A stretch of 64,000 nt of DNA, from IMG/VR virus record IMGVR_UViG_3300012953_000023. One strand, 5' to 3'. Each line of letters begins with the position of its first letter. Position 1 is the stretch's first letter. The notes beneath the pieces were generated by a model. It ran no database searches and was not told the DNA's origin. It saw only the letters and a program-made list of their open reading frames with translations. Positions 38,364 to 47,792 of this stretch are shown in pieces. Both the position numbers and the translations under genes were made by a program. This DNA comes from an uncultured virus (IMG/VR IMGVR_UViG_3300012953_000023) (Duplodnaviria > Heunggongvirae > Uroviricota > Caudoviricetes).

Positions 38364-38655
38364 TCTTTGCCTCTTTCTTTTCTAGTGATTCAGATATTAT
38401 ATATTGTAATAGTGCACCTAGATAATTATTAAATTCTTCATCATTCGTCAAATCTTCAGGTTCACATTCACCAGAGTCGTTTAGTTGCCAATTAAATGAT
38501 AAAGTCGCATTATCATTTTCTACATCTTCGCTAACTGAAACGGCTCCATACGTAAATATAACATCTTTCCATTTACCTTTCAATAACCGTATTGCATAGA
38601 ATTCGCTTGCCGCGTTTTCTACCATTTTAAAATCGTTATTGGATATATTATACAT
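38323..38655 (-). CDS. gp40-like protein (syntenic between uvsX and 41)
   Basis: Position and size as T4 gene 40; sequence match not confirmed. Confidence 0.55.
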   Translation of the reverse strand: MYNISNNDFKMVENAASEFYAIRLLKGKWKDVIFTYGAVSVSEDVENDNATLSFNWQLNDSGECEPEDLTNDEEFNNYLGALLQYIISESLEKKEAKIGTADTHPKSSNT

Positions 38656-38675
38656 GGTTTCCTTACTCTTGTACA
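38647..38675 (-). promoter_or_regulatory. Early-type promoter TGTACA-N17-TATAAT
   Basis: Recurrent motif. Confidence 0.7.
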
Positions 38676-39721
38676 GTGTTATCTGGGTCTATTTCAACAT
38701 CTAATAATGGCTTATGTCCGATTGAATAATAGCTTTTTACAAATTTCTTAAAGTCTGTTTCTTTAAAAATTGGATCCCAAAATTCTTTTGTGAGTGTATC
38801 TTTTTCTCTTACTTTAGGTTCCATAACTTCTCCAGTAGCATGATCTACTCTTGCATACCAACCAACATTTGGTTTAGTTACATAACCTCCTGCTAATCCT
38901 ACATCTAGTAATCCACCGTATGGTGCAATACCACCTTCCCATGTAACTGCAACTGGAATCTTAGATTTTTCTTTTACAAACCTAGATTTCTCTACATTAA
39001 TAATAAAGTTGTAACCTTTAACTTCTCCGCCTTTTTTCTGTTGTTGTCTTCCAACAATCCAGATATTATCAGCTGAGTAATAGATACCAGTTCCGCCTGA
39101 AACAATTGCTTTAGGGAATAAACCAATTTCTTGGTAGGTATGATTAACAGCAAGTAAAGGGATATTCTTCATGGTTAGATAAGGAGTGACCATTCGGAAT
39201 AATCCCTTCAATGCTTTAGCTCTTGACATATCAGCCACTGACTTTTCATTGAGTGCATCTTCTAATTCTTTCTTAGATGCAAGGTTACCAATTGAATCGA
39301 TGACGACAATAACTTTATCGTTTCTTTCAATTGTATCTAATTGATTTACTAAATCAAATTTTAACTGCTCTACATCTGTAATTGGTGTGTGTAATACACG
39401 AGATGTATCAATACCAAATGCTTCAAAGTATGATTGTGGTGAACCAAACTCTGAATCATAAAACATTAACACAGCATCATCGTGTTCTTTTAAATAAGCA
39501 CCAGCCATTAGTAAAGCAAATGATGTTTTAAAGTGTTTACTTGGACCAGCTAAAACTGTAAGACCAGAAGTTAATCCTCCATCAATATCACCTGATAGTG
39601 CAACGTTTACCATTGGTACATCTGTTGTCACCATTTCTTTTTCGCCAAAATAGACAGATTTATCTAGTACTTCAGTACCTTTAATTCTACTATTCTTTTT
39701 TAATTTATCCATTATTGACAT
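38663..39721 (-). CDS. uvsX: RecA-like recombinase UvsX (start MSIMDK)
   Basis: AGPSKHFKT, DSEFG, IDSIGNLASKKE; SD GGAG. Confidence 0.96.
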   Translation of the reverse strand: MSIMDKLKKNSRIKGTEVLDKSVYFGEKEMVTTDVPMVNVALSGDIDGGLTSGLTVLAGPSKHFKTSFALLMAGAYLKEHDDAVLMFYDSEFGSPQSYFEAFGIDTSRVLHTPITDVEQLKFDLVNQLDTIERNDKVIVVIDSIGNLASKKELEDALNEKSVADMSRAKALKGLFRMVTPYLTMKNIPLLAVNHTYQEIGLFPKAIVSGGTGIYYSADNIWIVGRQQQKKGGEVKGYNFIINVEKSRFVKEKSKIPVAVTWEGGIAPYGGLLDVGLAGGYVTKPNVGWYARVDHATGEVMEPKVREKDTLTKEFWDPIFKETDFKKFVKSYYSIGHKPLLDVEIDPDNTVQE

Positions 39722-39722
39722 A

Positions 39723-39974
39723 TTATTTTCTCCTATATGCTCCGAGCTGTTGTGATCTTTCGTATTTACGAGTTCTTGCAATAGCTTCTTTTTTCTTTCT
39801 TCTACGTTTTTGAGCTGGTTTTTCAAAGAATTCTCTTTTACGTACTTCTTGTACAATACCTGCTCTATCGCATTGCTTTTTAAACTTTCTTAACGCTACC
39901 TCAAAAGGCATTGGTTTAGATGGTCTTTTATCTCTAGGATGTCTTTTCCTAGCTTTTAAATCTACACTAGGCAA
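39723..39974 (-). CDS. rpsU: Ribosomal protein bS21
   Basis: [10 protein letters not shown]....G...[11 protein letters not shown]...RRRKK. Confidence 0.9.
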   Translation of the reverse strand: MPSVDLKARKRHPRDKRPSKPMPFEVALRKFKKQCDRAGIVQEVRKREFFEKPAQKRRRKKKEAIARTRKYERSQQLGAYRRK

Positions 39975-40470
39975 CGAACTCCTCCCCTGGCTCCCAACTG
40001 CATCCAGTTAAGCCTCCAGCTTTGAGTGCCTTTAATGTTCTTAATACTTCTTGTGCATTTCTGCCAGTATCAAGTGCATTTACAGACACATGTTGAATAA
40101 CTTGGTGAGGATCAACAATAAAGGTTGCTCTATAGCATACTCCTTCTGGTTTATTCACTATACCAAGTTTCCAGCTTAGCCCTAAGCCACAATCTGCAGC
40201 AAGTGAATGTTGAATATTGCCAATTAGTGTATTTTCTTGTTTCCAAGCTAATTTACAAAATTCGTTATCTCCACTTAGGCCAATAACATTTGCTTCATCT
40301 ACTAGAATATCCATTGCAGATATTTCGGTTGGACAAATAAATGTAAAATCTTTTGGATAAAAATAAATAACATTCCAATGGTTTTTAACTAACTCACATG
40401 GACCCATATTATTTTCTTTATCTATTCCCATTAAATTAAATTCTGGGAAATGGTTTCCTACTGTTAACAT
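39967..40470 (-). CDS. Peroxiredoxin (AhpC family)
   Basis: [25 protein letters not shown]. Confidence 0.92.
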   Translation of the reverse strand: MLTVGNHFPEFNLMGIDKENNMGPCELVKNHWNVIYFYPKDFTFICPTEISAMDILVDEANVIGLSGDNEFCKLAWKQENTLIGNIQHSLAADCGLGLSWKLGIVNKPEGVCYRATFIVDPHQVIQHVSVNALDTGRNAQEVLRTLKALKAGGLTGCSWEPGEEFVA

Positions 40471-40496
40471 ATCTTCTCCTGATTAATATATGTACT

Positions 40497-40525
40497 ATTA
40501 TACCATACTTTAGTCGTTTTGTACA
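40497..40525 (-). promoter_or_regulatory. Early-type promoter TGTACA-N17-TATAAT
   Basis: Recurrent motif. Confidence 0.75.
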
Positions 40526-41391
40526 TGGTTAAATTGAATATTTTGCTCTTTTTCTCTATCATCTCTTTCATATTGAGATCTATAGTTATTATTTATCTCA
40601 ATAGCTTTATTTAAAAGAGTTAATTCTTTAGAATACTTTGAAAAAGCTAATGTATCTTTAGGGAAACATGCTCCTCCGTATCCTTGCTTTCCATCAAATC
40701 CTGGAACTTTAGTATGTGATGGTGCTATCCTTTCATCAGCTCCAACTGCTTTAATAATTTTATTAAAGTTTACATTACCATGTGATCTACACACATCGTA
40801 TAGCTGATTAAAGAAAGTAACCTTTGTAGCTAGAAATGAGTTAATAGTGTATTTTACAAATGATGCCTCTTCCAAAGTCATATGATACGATGGACACCAA
40901 TTGCATAAACTATATTTATCATAATAGCTTTCTAGCAATTCCGTTTTATCTTCATTGCCACCAAAGATATGAAACTCTGGATTTACAAATTGTTCACAAG
41001 CTGATTTTTCTGTCAAAAATTCTGGATTATATACTACATTACACATTCCAGTATACATTTCTATAACGCTTGGTGTTACTGTAGATTTTATAACAATTAA
41101 AGTTTCTTTATTACAGTTGGATAAAATGTTCATTACTGAATCCAATATGCTAGTATCAATGTCTCCATCATCACCCATTGGTGTAGGAACACATACAAAT
41201 ATTAAATCAGCATTAGAATCAACTAAACTTAAAGTATCTTCATCTGTATGTCCATATTTTGGATCTATAATTTTTTTGTGAACTTTAGTATTTGAAAATC
41301 CATAATCAACTGCTTTTCCTACAAAACCATGTCCTATGATTCCTAATCTTAACCTTCCTTCTAGCTTTCTTGATAATTCTGATATTCTCAT
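40510..41391 (-). CDS. UDP-glucose/GDP-mannose 6-dehydrogenase family
   Basis: GHGFVG, CVPTP, KST, NPEFL, GYGGACFPKD. Confidence 0.9.
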   Translation of the reverse strand: MRISELSRKLEGRLRLGIIGHGFVGKAVDYGFSNTKVHKKIIDPKYGHTDEDTLSLVDSNADLIFVCVPTPMGDDGDIDTSILDSVMNILSNCNKETLIVIKSTVTPSVIEMYTGMCNVVYNPEFLTEKSACEQFVNPEFHIFGGNEDKTELLESYYDKYSLCNWCPSYHMTLEEASFVKYTINSFLATKVTFFNQLYDVCRSHGNVNFNKIIKAVGADERIAPSHTKVPGFDGKQGYGGACFPKDTLAFSKYSKELTLLNKAIEINNNYRSQYERDDREKEQNIQFNHVQND

Positions 41392-42164
41392 TCTGCTTCT
41401 CCATACCAATCCCAACGGCCATGGTCTTCTTCTAATATATGAAACTGTGGATTCCAACCATAGAGTTTTAATACCGTTGGATCAGCACATGTGTGTTCTC
41501 TTTCACCAGTTACTTCTTTAATTGGTAAGTTGTTTTCTGGCCAGATTTTATTTGCCATATCTGCTACATTTACTGGCTTTCCATTACCTACATCAATTGC
41601 TTTAAATTTATTTGACATATCCCAAAAGTTTTCAATACAAATATGTATTGCTGAGCAAACATCTGCAACATGTGTCCAATCTCTAGTGTGATTAGTTAAA
41701 TAAGTTAGTGATGGATCTTTTCTTAATAAAGCGTCATATAACATATCTTTTCTACTATCAGGTCCATAAACAGTATGGAATCTTAATCCAATAGAATTTA
41801 CATCTTTTGCAATATGTTCCATAGCCCATTTAGTAGTTGCGTATGGTGATTGCCACCATTCATATACTGATGACGAAGATGCATATATGATTGGAACATC
41901 TTGTTCTTTACAAGAATCAAAAATGTATTGTGATGCAATAACATTTGTATGCCAATATTCTTCTGGTTCTTCGTGTGATTTACGTACTCCAGCTAATGCT
42001 GCTAAATGTATAACCATATCAAACGGAGATACATCTATATTTTTTGCGTCTCTAATATCACCACTATATTCTGTGATATCATATTTTTGGTGATAGGTAT
42101 CTAGGAAATGATTTGCTATAAAGCCTCTTCTATGTCCTTGGGTACCTGTTAATAAAATTTTCAT
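41388..42164 (-). CDS. NAD-dependent nucleotide-sugar epimerase/dehydratase
   Basis: HLAA.AGVR, ASSSSVY, YATTK, RFHTVYGP, RDWTHV. Confidence 0.9.
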   Translation of the reverse strand: MKILLTGTQGHRRGFIANHFLDTYHQKYDITEYSGDIRDAKNIDVSPFDMVIHLAALAGVRKSHEEPEEYWHTNVIASQYIFDSCKEQDVPIIYASSSSVYEWWQSPYATTKWAMEHIAKDVNSIGLRFHTVYGPDSRKDMLYDALLRKDPSLTYLTNHTRDWTHVADVCSAIHICIENFWDMSNKFKAIDVGNGKPVNVADMANKIWPENNLPIKEVTGEREHTCADPTVLKLYGWNPQFHILEEDHGRWDWYGEAE

Positions 42165-43375
42165 AAAAATGCCTCCAAACTATTTTCATCTCTATCATAA
42201 TCATATTTTCTAGCTAAATTATTTTGGAATAAGTATTTAGTTTCAATTAAATCTCTTCTGTTTTCTAACACTGCTTTTACTTCAGTTGCCATATCTTTAG
42301 CTGTTGCAAATGGAACATTTTGACATATATGATTATAGTTTTTCATAGGATCAATAACTTCTAAATCCCTTGGTAATCCCATAATAGCTTTAGCTTCATC
42401 AATATTTAGATATCTATCTTCAGTTGGATGAGCTACTACTTTAGGTAAATGAACTACAAATGCTCCAATATAATTAACTGGAATAATTGTACCTCTCAAC
42501 ATAATGTTTCCACCTGCTTCTAATTTTGCATGTTTACGTCTCGCCTTTGCAGCTTCTCTTTCAAACTCTGGATATTCATCCATCCATTCTGCAATTGTTC
42601 CATGCTTAATTCCCATTTTCATTAACCTAGATTCAATGGTTACAGATTTTTCTTCGTCCTTTACTGATTGTGAATAATCATAATGTGACATTCCGCCTTT
42701 TACAACCTCTAACATATATTTGTAATAAGGATCATCTTTACTTGGTGTCTTTTTATTTAATACTTCAGTTTGAAAGTTACTTTTTACTCCAAGGATTAAC
42801 TCTTGAATTGTTGGTCTTTCTTTATCAAAATAATTTAGTACAGGAATTCTATTTCCAAAATGTTCTTTATCCCAGAAAAAGAAGAATGTTCTTTTTCGAT
42901 ATTGAGGACTTCCGTGATTTAAACTCTTTGTTAAATAGATCGAGAAGTTGTACCCATTTTCTTGGCCAAGTTGATACAACTTCTCTCTCATGAATGCACC
43001 TATCTTTCCGGCTAGACCTGGTGCATTCTCTCCCCACAGTACTTTTGGTCTAACCTCTTGTAAAACAAATTCAGATGATTTTTCCATCCATTGATTATTT
43101 TGGTTTTCTTCTCCATGCGAATTATGATAAGTACTCAAACCAGCACATGGACATACAGATGACACAACATCAACTTGTTCTAATTTAATGTTAGGTTCTT
43201 CATCTAAAACATGATATGGAATACTTAGCCCTTGTTCATAATAATGCTTAATTAAGTGTTCTTCATTACCCATAAATCCAGAATATGTCATTAGATATTC
43301 TGGTTTTTTTCCATAAGCCTCATCTGAAGCTAATATTTCACCACCGATTAGTGGTACTATTCCTGCATGTTTCAT
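42161..43375 (-). CDS. Divergent C5-cytosine methyltransferase-like protein
   Basis: PCAGLS (IV), ENAPG (VI), PQYRKR (VIII), R.L...E...IMGLP (IX); motif I degenerate. Confidence 0.75.
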   Translation of the reverse strand: MKHAGIVPLIGGEILASDEAYGKKPEYLMTYSGFMGNEEHLIKHYYEQGLSIPYHVLDEEPNIKLEQVDVVSSVCPCAGLSTYHNSHGEENQNNQWMEKSSEFVLQEVRPKVLWGENAPGLAGKIGAFMREKLYQLGQENGYNFSIYLTKSLNHGSPQYRKRTFFFFWDKEHFGNRIPVLNYFDKERPTIQELILGVKSNFQTEVLNKKTPSKDDPYYKYMLEVVKGGMSHYDYSQSVKDEEKSVTIESRLMKMGIKHGTIAEWMDEYPEFEREAAKARRKHAKLEAGGNIMLRGTIIPVNYIGAFVVHLPKVVAHPTEDRYLNIDEAKAIMGLPRDLEVIDPMKNYNHICQNVPFATAKDMATEVKAVLENRRDLIETKYLFQNNLARKYDYDRDENSLEAFL

Positions 43376-44205
43376 CCTAAAAAATCCTCTAATGATGATG
43401 CGTTCTTTGCTTTAATTGCATCCTTATAAGCTTTTGACCATTGAATGAAGCAAGTAACTCGTTCTTCTCCTTTCCATGGTCCATTTGCTAATACTTTAGT
43501 TTTTAACGCTACGTAATCTGGGTACATTTCAGCTAATTGTCTGTGTACTTGATTACTTAATTCAACTGTTCTATATTCTGAACAACCGCCTTTTGCATTA
43601 GTGGCCGATATTGAAACTCTGTATCTCGTTGTAATTCTATTAGCAAATCCTTGTGTTAACAACTGTAGATTGGCATGAAAATCTTGAGAAGTTTGTAACT
43701 TATCCCATACAATATTTCTTGGTAAATTTTTTGAATCAAAGTAACAATTAGTCATAATCCTTACATTGTTTTGATGTGGCCAATATTTTAAATCTGGTAC
43801 TACCCATGATGTTGAAAATCCTCCATGATAAATTTGTTCTTCGTCACACCACTTGTTAAATGTATCAAATGCATCGTCATATTCATCTTCAGTCATATCA
43901 CGAGTTTCCCATTTAGTATCTAGATGCTCTGGTGCTGGCCCTTTGTACTTAAAATATTCCATATCATCATCAAGGACCATATGTCTCGTACCATAAAACT
44001 CATCCCATATCCATTGTCTTGTAGGTGATAACCCTTTAATAGATGCTGGTAATTCGAGAACTTTGTCTCCATATATATCACGCATTTCGTCAACCTCATG
44101 TGGTTGCACAGTAAACTTTACTTTTTGTTTCCATTTATCAGGTAGATTTTCATAAGTTTTTTGTTTATGAGTTCTTCCTAATGTTGGTATAATCAAATGT
44201 TCCAT
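43372..44205 (-). CDS. DNA glycosyltransferase-like (GT-A; TAGT/hmC-glucosyltransferase-like)
   Basis: IPTLGR, VLDDD, QDF..NLQLL..G, GGC. Confidence 0.7.
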   Translation of the reverse strand: MEHLIIPTLGRTHKQKTYENLPDKWKQKVKFTVQPHEVDEMRDIYGDKVLELPASIKGLSPTRQWIWDEFYGTRHMVLDDDMEYFKYKGPAPEHLDTKWETRDMTEDEYDDAFDTFNKWCDEEQIYHGGFSTSWVVPDLKYWPHQNNVRIMTNCYFDSKNLPRNIVWDKLQTSQDFHANLQLLTQGFANRITTRYRVSISATNAKGGCSEYRTVELSNQVHRQLAEMYPDYVALKTKVLANGPWKGEERVTCFIQWSKAYKDAIKAKNASSLEDFLG

Positions 44206-44206
44206 T

Positions 44207-44503
44207 TTATACTCCTGCTAGTGTTCTGGCTAAATTATTAATTAAAAACATTAATCCTACGCCATTTAATAAAATTAATGCTCTATCTTTCCATATTACT
44301 GATACAAGCAGCCATAGGAATATTCCCATTACTGAAAGATATAAATCATATACTTGCATACCTTCAACACCTCTTAATGACATAGCAACTAAAACGAATG
44401 CTGATGCAATCCATTTTAGATACCAGTCTAATGTGTATTTTGGTGTTGCTGATTTAAAAATTCTTTTACTGTTCTTAATTTCCTTTGGATCAAATTCTGT
44501 CAT
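44207..44503 (-). CDS. Small 3-TM membrane protein
   Basis: WYLKW, WKDRALILLN. Confidence 0.72.
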   Translation of the reverse strand: MTEFDPKEIKNSKRIFKSATPKYTLDWYLKWIASAFVLVAMSLRGVEGMQVYDLYLSVMGIFLWLLVSVIWKDRALILLNGVGLMFLINNLARTLAGV

Positions 44504-44927
44504 ATTCTATACCTGCTTCTCTAAAAAGTTCAATTGTATCTGCTCCGCTATCTGCCCATTTTTTTGGTACTGCATCTGCTTTATAAACGACCCTCTTAAC
44601 TCCTACTTGAATTAATCCTTTTGCACATTCGCTACAAACCGGAAGCCCTGAAATATATATAGTAGCTCCTTGCAATGATACTCCATTGTATGTAGCATTG
44701 TAAATACAATTCATTTCTGCATGAACTACGTATTTGTATTTTTTATCTCTATTATAATATCTTTCATCTGTATCAATAATTCCACGAGGAAATCCATTAT
44801 AACCTTGTGCTAGTACTTGGCCCTTTTCTCCGATTGCAACTGCACCAATTTTTGTGCTTGGATCTTTTGACCAAGTAGATACTTCCTGTGCTAAGGAAAT
44901 ATATCTTTTATCCCATTTACTTGACAA
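44490..44927 (-). CDS. cd: dCMP deaminase (likely TTG start)
   Basis: SKDPST.IGA, GYNG, HAEMN, PVCSEC. Confidence 0.92.
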   Translation of the reverse strand: MSSKWDKRYISLAQEVSTWSKDPSTKIGAVAIGEKGQVLAQGYNGFPRGIIDTDERYYNRDKKYKYVVHAEMNCIYNATYNGVSLQGATIYISGLPVCSECAKGLIQVGVKRVVYKADAVPKKWADSGADTIELFREAGIEYDRI

Positions 44928-45603
44928 GATTAAAGTGCCTCTCATACACATGTAGGTTTTGTACTTGCCAATGAATATCACCATGGTTTAGGACAACACC
45001 TTCAAAATATAAATCATCTCTTAGCATATCCATCACATGTTTTTGCCAAGCATAATCATTACGATAACCAAAGATTACGTCATTAGATCGCATTTGTACG
45101 ACTGCATGTAATGCATTATCTCTTATGTAATAGGTTACTGCATTAGTGCAAATAAAGTCGTTTTTACCTTGTTCTTTATATTCAATCCAAATACTTGGTC
45201 TTTGATAAATCATTGATGCTCTACGAGAATCTGGATTTTTTAATAATTCTTTAAGTACTTTATCGTATTGTTTGTGATACTTTTTAGACCAAATTAAATG
45301 ACCATAGTTTGAATTAATTTCACCATGAATATTTGCAGTGTATTGCCAGGCTTGTGGTGGCTCTTTATCACCTTCAGGATAGATATCAGTTATATTAGTT
45401 GATTGACTGGCATACCAGCGTAATTCATCTTCGATATATTCTTGATTAGGTTTACCAAAGATAGCTGGGCCATCTGCATAAAAGTTAGCACCAATCATTT
45501 CAATTGTTTTAGCACCTGTTTTATCAATAGTAAATCTTTCATTACGAAGTTCATTAATAAAATAGCTTTTTACTTGATCAATTTCTAATGCAATACTAGT
45601 CAT
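44917..45603 (-). CDS. 42: dCMP hydroxymethylase-like (T4 gp42 family)
   Basis: NSNYG, DFICTN, MRSNDVIFGYRNDYAWQ (Asp at the dCMP-specificity position), NLHVYERHF. Confidence 0.85.
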   Translation of the reverse strand: MTSIALEIDQVKSYFINELRNERFTIDKTGAKTIEMIGANFYADGPAIFGKPNQEYIEDELRWYASQSTNITDIYPEGDKEPPQAWQYTANIHGEINSNYGHLIWSKKYHKQYDKVLKELLKNPDSRRASMIYQRPSIWIEYKEQGKNDFICTNAVTYYIRDNALHAVVQMRSNDVIFGYRNDYAWQKHVMDMLRDDLYFEGVVLNHGDIHWQVQNLHVYERHFNLVK

Positions 45604-45928
45604 TTTTATTCCTATTAAATGCATCTTTACTTGCGTCTTGGCCAGGGATTCCACCTCTGCAATAAGCAACAAAGAACGATGCATAGTTAATTAAATCTTT
45701 ACCTGAGTCTTCGAGTGATTCAAAGTTTGGTGTGTAATCTTCTGATTGCATTGCTTCCATTACAGACATCATACGCAACATTTTTGCATGCATAATGTCA
45801 TGAATGGTTGTAATACCATTGGGGTAATAATCAGCTTGAGTTATCTTAGAATTTGGGTTCTGATAATCGTTTGATTTTTTAGTTTGTAATTCAGCACACT
45901 CTTGTAATACTTTTAGCGATTCTTTCAT
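45596..45928 (-). CDS. Nucleotide-modification-associated domain protein (Nmad1/DUF1599-like)
   Basis: KKSNDY, K.LR, ESLEDS..DLINYA. Confidence 0.7.
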   Translation of the reverse strand: MKESLKVLQECAELQTKKSNDYQNPNSKITQADYYPNGITTIHDIMHAKMLRMMSVMEAMQSEDYTPNFESLEDSGKDLINYASFFVAYCRGGIPGQDASKDAFNRNKND

Positions 45929-45952
45929 ATCAATTTTCCATAATTTAGTAAT

Positions 45953-45981
45953 ATTATACCATACTTTTTAGTAAATGTACA
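45953..45981 (-). promoter_or_regulatory. Early-type promoter TGTACA-N17-TATAAT
   Basis: Heads the modification cluster. Confidence 0.8.
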
Positions 45982-45989
45982 GGGTTTTT

Positions 45990-46412
45990 TTAGTCTTCTG
46001 GTGTATAAATTATACCTTGCTCATTTAAAACTTGCTTATTCCAAAGATGACCCTTTTCAGTGTCTTCCTTACTTTGTCCAAAATAAGGAACTGCATGGCA
46101 ATCATCTATCATTGTTTGATTTATACTATGGGTTGAATCTCCTAAGAATAACTCTCCCAATATTCTGCCAAATTTTCCTTTATCGTGAGACAAAAGTTGT
46201 ATCTCTTGATCTTTCAATAAGCCTTCAAGATGATACTTTGATTGTTTACCATAAAACTTTTCTTCTAGGTCTCTAGTTCTAGATTCAGGTGTATCAATAC
46301 CCATCATTCTAACTCTTTGTTTTTTGTAAACCATTCCAAAACCTAGATCTATATCTACGTCTACAGTGTCGCCATCTACGACTCGTGTAACTTCTACTTT
46401 ATATCTATACAT
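45990..46412 (-). CDS. Thermonuclease (SNase-like)
   Basis: VVDGDT, R..GIDTPE, GKFGRIL. Confidence 0.88.
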   Translation of the reverse strand: MYRYKVEVTRVVDGDTVDVDIDLGFGMVYKKQRVRMMGIDTPESRTRDLEEKFYGKQSKYHLEGLLKDQEIQLLSHDKGKFGRILGELFLGDSTHSINQTMIDDCHAVPYFGQSKEDTEKGHLWNKQVLNEQGIIYTPED

Positions 46413-46827
46413 AATTGTGTTGTCTATGCTCCTTTTTAGTTTCCCAATCTTCTATTGCTCTTCTTATAGAATCCTCTGCAAGAACAGAACAATGGATTTT
46501 TATTGGTGGCAACTCAAGTGCTTCGGCAATATCTTTGTCCTTTACTTGTTTTGCTTCTTCTATTGTTTTTCCTCTAAGCATTTCAACAAACATTGTAGAT
46601 GATGCGATAGCAGAACCACAACCATAGGTTTTAAATTTTACATCTAAAATTTCTTCAGTTTCTGGATCTAATTTTAAATCTAGTTTCATAACATCACCAC
46701 ATGCTGGTGCACCTGATAGTCCAGTTACAACATTAGGGTCATTAGGATCAAATCTTCCAACGCCGTGTTTTGCTGGATTATTTAAAACTTCTTCGAATCT
46801 ATCTACTACTTTTTTACTGTATGCCAT
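46405..46827 (-). CDS. iscU: Fe-S scaffold IscU
   Basis: GAPACGD, FKTYGCGSAIAS, LPPIKIHCS. Confidence 0.95.
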   Translation of the reverse strand: MAYSKKVVDRFEEVLNNPAKHGVGRFDPNDPNVVTGLSGAPACGDVMKLDLKLDPETEEILDVKFKTYGCGSAIASSTMFVEMLRGKTIEEAKQVKDKDIAEALELPPIKIHCSVLAEDSIRRAIEDWETKKEHRQHNYV

Positions 46828-46831
46828 ATAA

Positions 46832-47386
46832 CTATTTATAAAAGATGTGGTTGTCTATGTGCACAGTTTTATTTAATGAGTCGGCCCAATATGGATAAAT
46901 ACTATCAGCATGATAGTGTGTAGCATCTTCCGTAATATCACCAAACTCACCTTGTAAAATTCGTTCAGCTGTAATCAAGCTAAATATCCATGTTGCACTA
47001 TCGACTGGTTCATCAGACTTTCCATCACAATACCAACTAAATTGACACATATGACGAATAGGTACCATGTTTCCTTTCCAATTTACTTTCATTTTTGCTT
47101 CATATACAACATCACAAATATTGCTAGGATAGTCAGGATGTTTAACTCTATTTTGAACTACTTGTGCAACTGCTATCTTACCTGCAACTGGTTGGTTACC
47201 AGCTTCAAAATAAATATTCTTGGCTAAACATACTTGTTCTTCTTGATATTCATTAAATTCTATTACATGTCCATGAAATGTGACGTTATCTTGCGCATGT
47301 ATTTTAGAAGAAACGAATGCTATCCAGAGAGGTAGTGTAACTACTATTGTAATTTTAATTATGTTTTTATGAAACCATTTTTCCAT
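46832..47386 (-). CDS. Cell wall hydrolase (SleB/Hydrolase_2)
   Basis: CLA.NIYFEA, V..NRV, CQFSW, HIFY. Confidence 0.9.
   Translation of the reverse strand: MEKWFHKNIIKITIVVTLPLWIAFVSSKIHAQDNVTFHGHVIEFNEYQEEQVCLAKNIYFEAGNQPVAGKIAVAQVVQNRVKHPDYPSNICDVVYEAKMKVNWKGNMVPIRHMCQFSWYCDGKSDEPVDSATWIFSLITAERILQGEFGDITEDATHYHADSIYPYWADSLNKTVHIDNHIFYK
46833..46840 (-). promoter_or_regulatory. Late promoter TATAAATA
   Basis: Exact consensus 5 nt before iscU ATG. Confidence 0.72.
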
Positions 47387-47387
47387 C

Positions 47388-47783
47388 TTATGCCTCTCTA
47401 TCTAAATCCCAAAGTATTTTAACACCTTTTCTAGTTCTGTTTATGAACAATTTATATTTGGATTGTTCTTCTCTCCACTCTCTTACCCAAGATTGTCCAT
47501 CCCTCTCTGCATCTGCAAAAACAGCATTAGTAACTACAATCGGTATTAATATTAAAGCATGTATAATAATGCTTGTAACTATGTCGTAATTAATAAACCC
47601 CATGTAGTATATTGCAATTAAGCCAAAGAACGCACTCCACATACAAAATAAAACTAACATAAAATATGCTTGTAAACTAGGTTCTGGCACATATTTTAAT
47701 GGGTTATATCTTACATCCATTACAACTCTCCATGAATCTACTATCCACATAAAAAATCTTCTATATAAATTTGGTTTTTTCAT
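47388..47783 (-). CDS. Membrane protein
   Basis: Two hydrophobic helices. Confidence 0.72.
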   Translation of the reverse strand: MKKPNLYRRFFMWIVDSWRVVMDVRYNPLKYVPEPSLQAYFMLVLFCMWSAFFGLIAIYYMGFINYDIVTSIIIHALILIPIVVTNAVFADAERDGQSWVREWREEQSKYKLFINRTRKGVKILWDLDREA

Positions 47784-47792
47784 AATATTCTC

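Noticed and set aside
39722..39856. N-terminal extension of UvsX given by the track
   Set aside because: Overlaps rpsU; the SD-led ATG at 39721 fits UvsX
44917..45603. Second canonical thymidylate synthase (thyA)
   Set aside because: Asp at the specificity position and gp42-type motifs indicate a dCMP-modifying enzyme; ThyX is present
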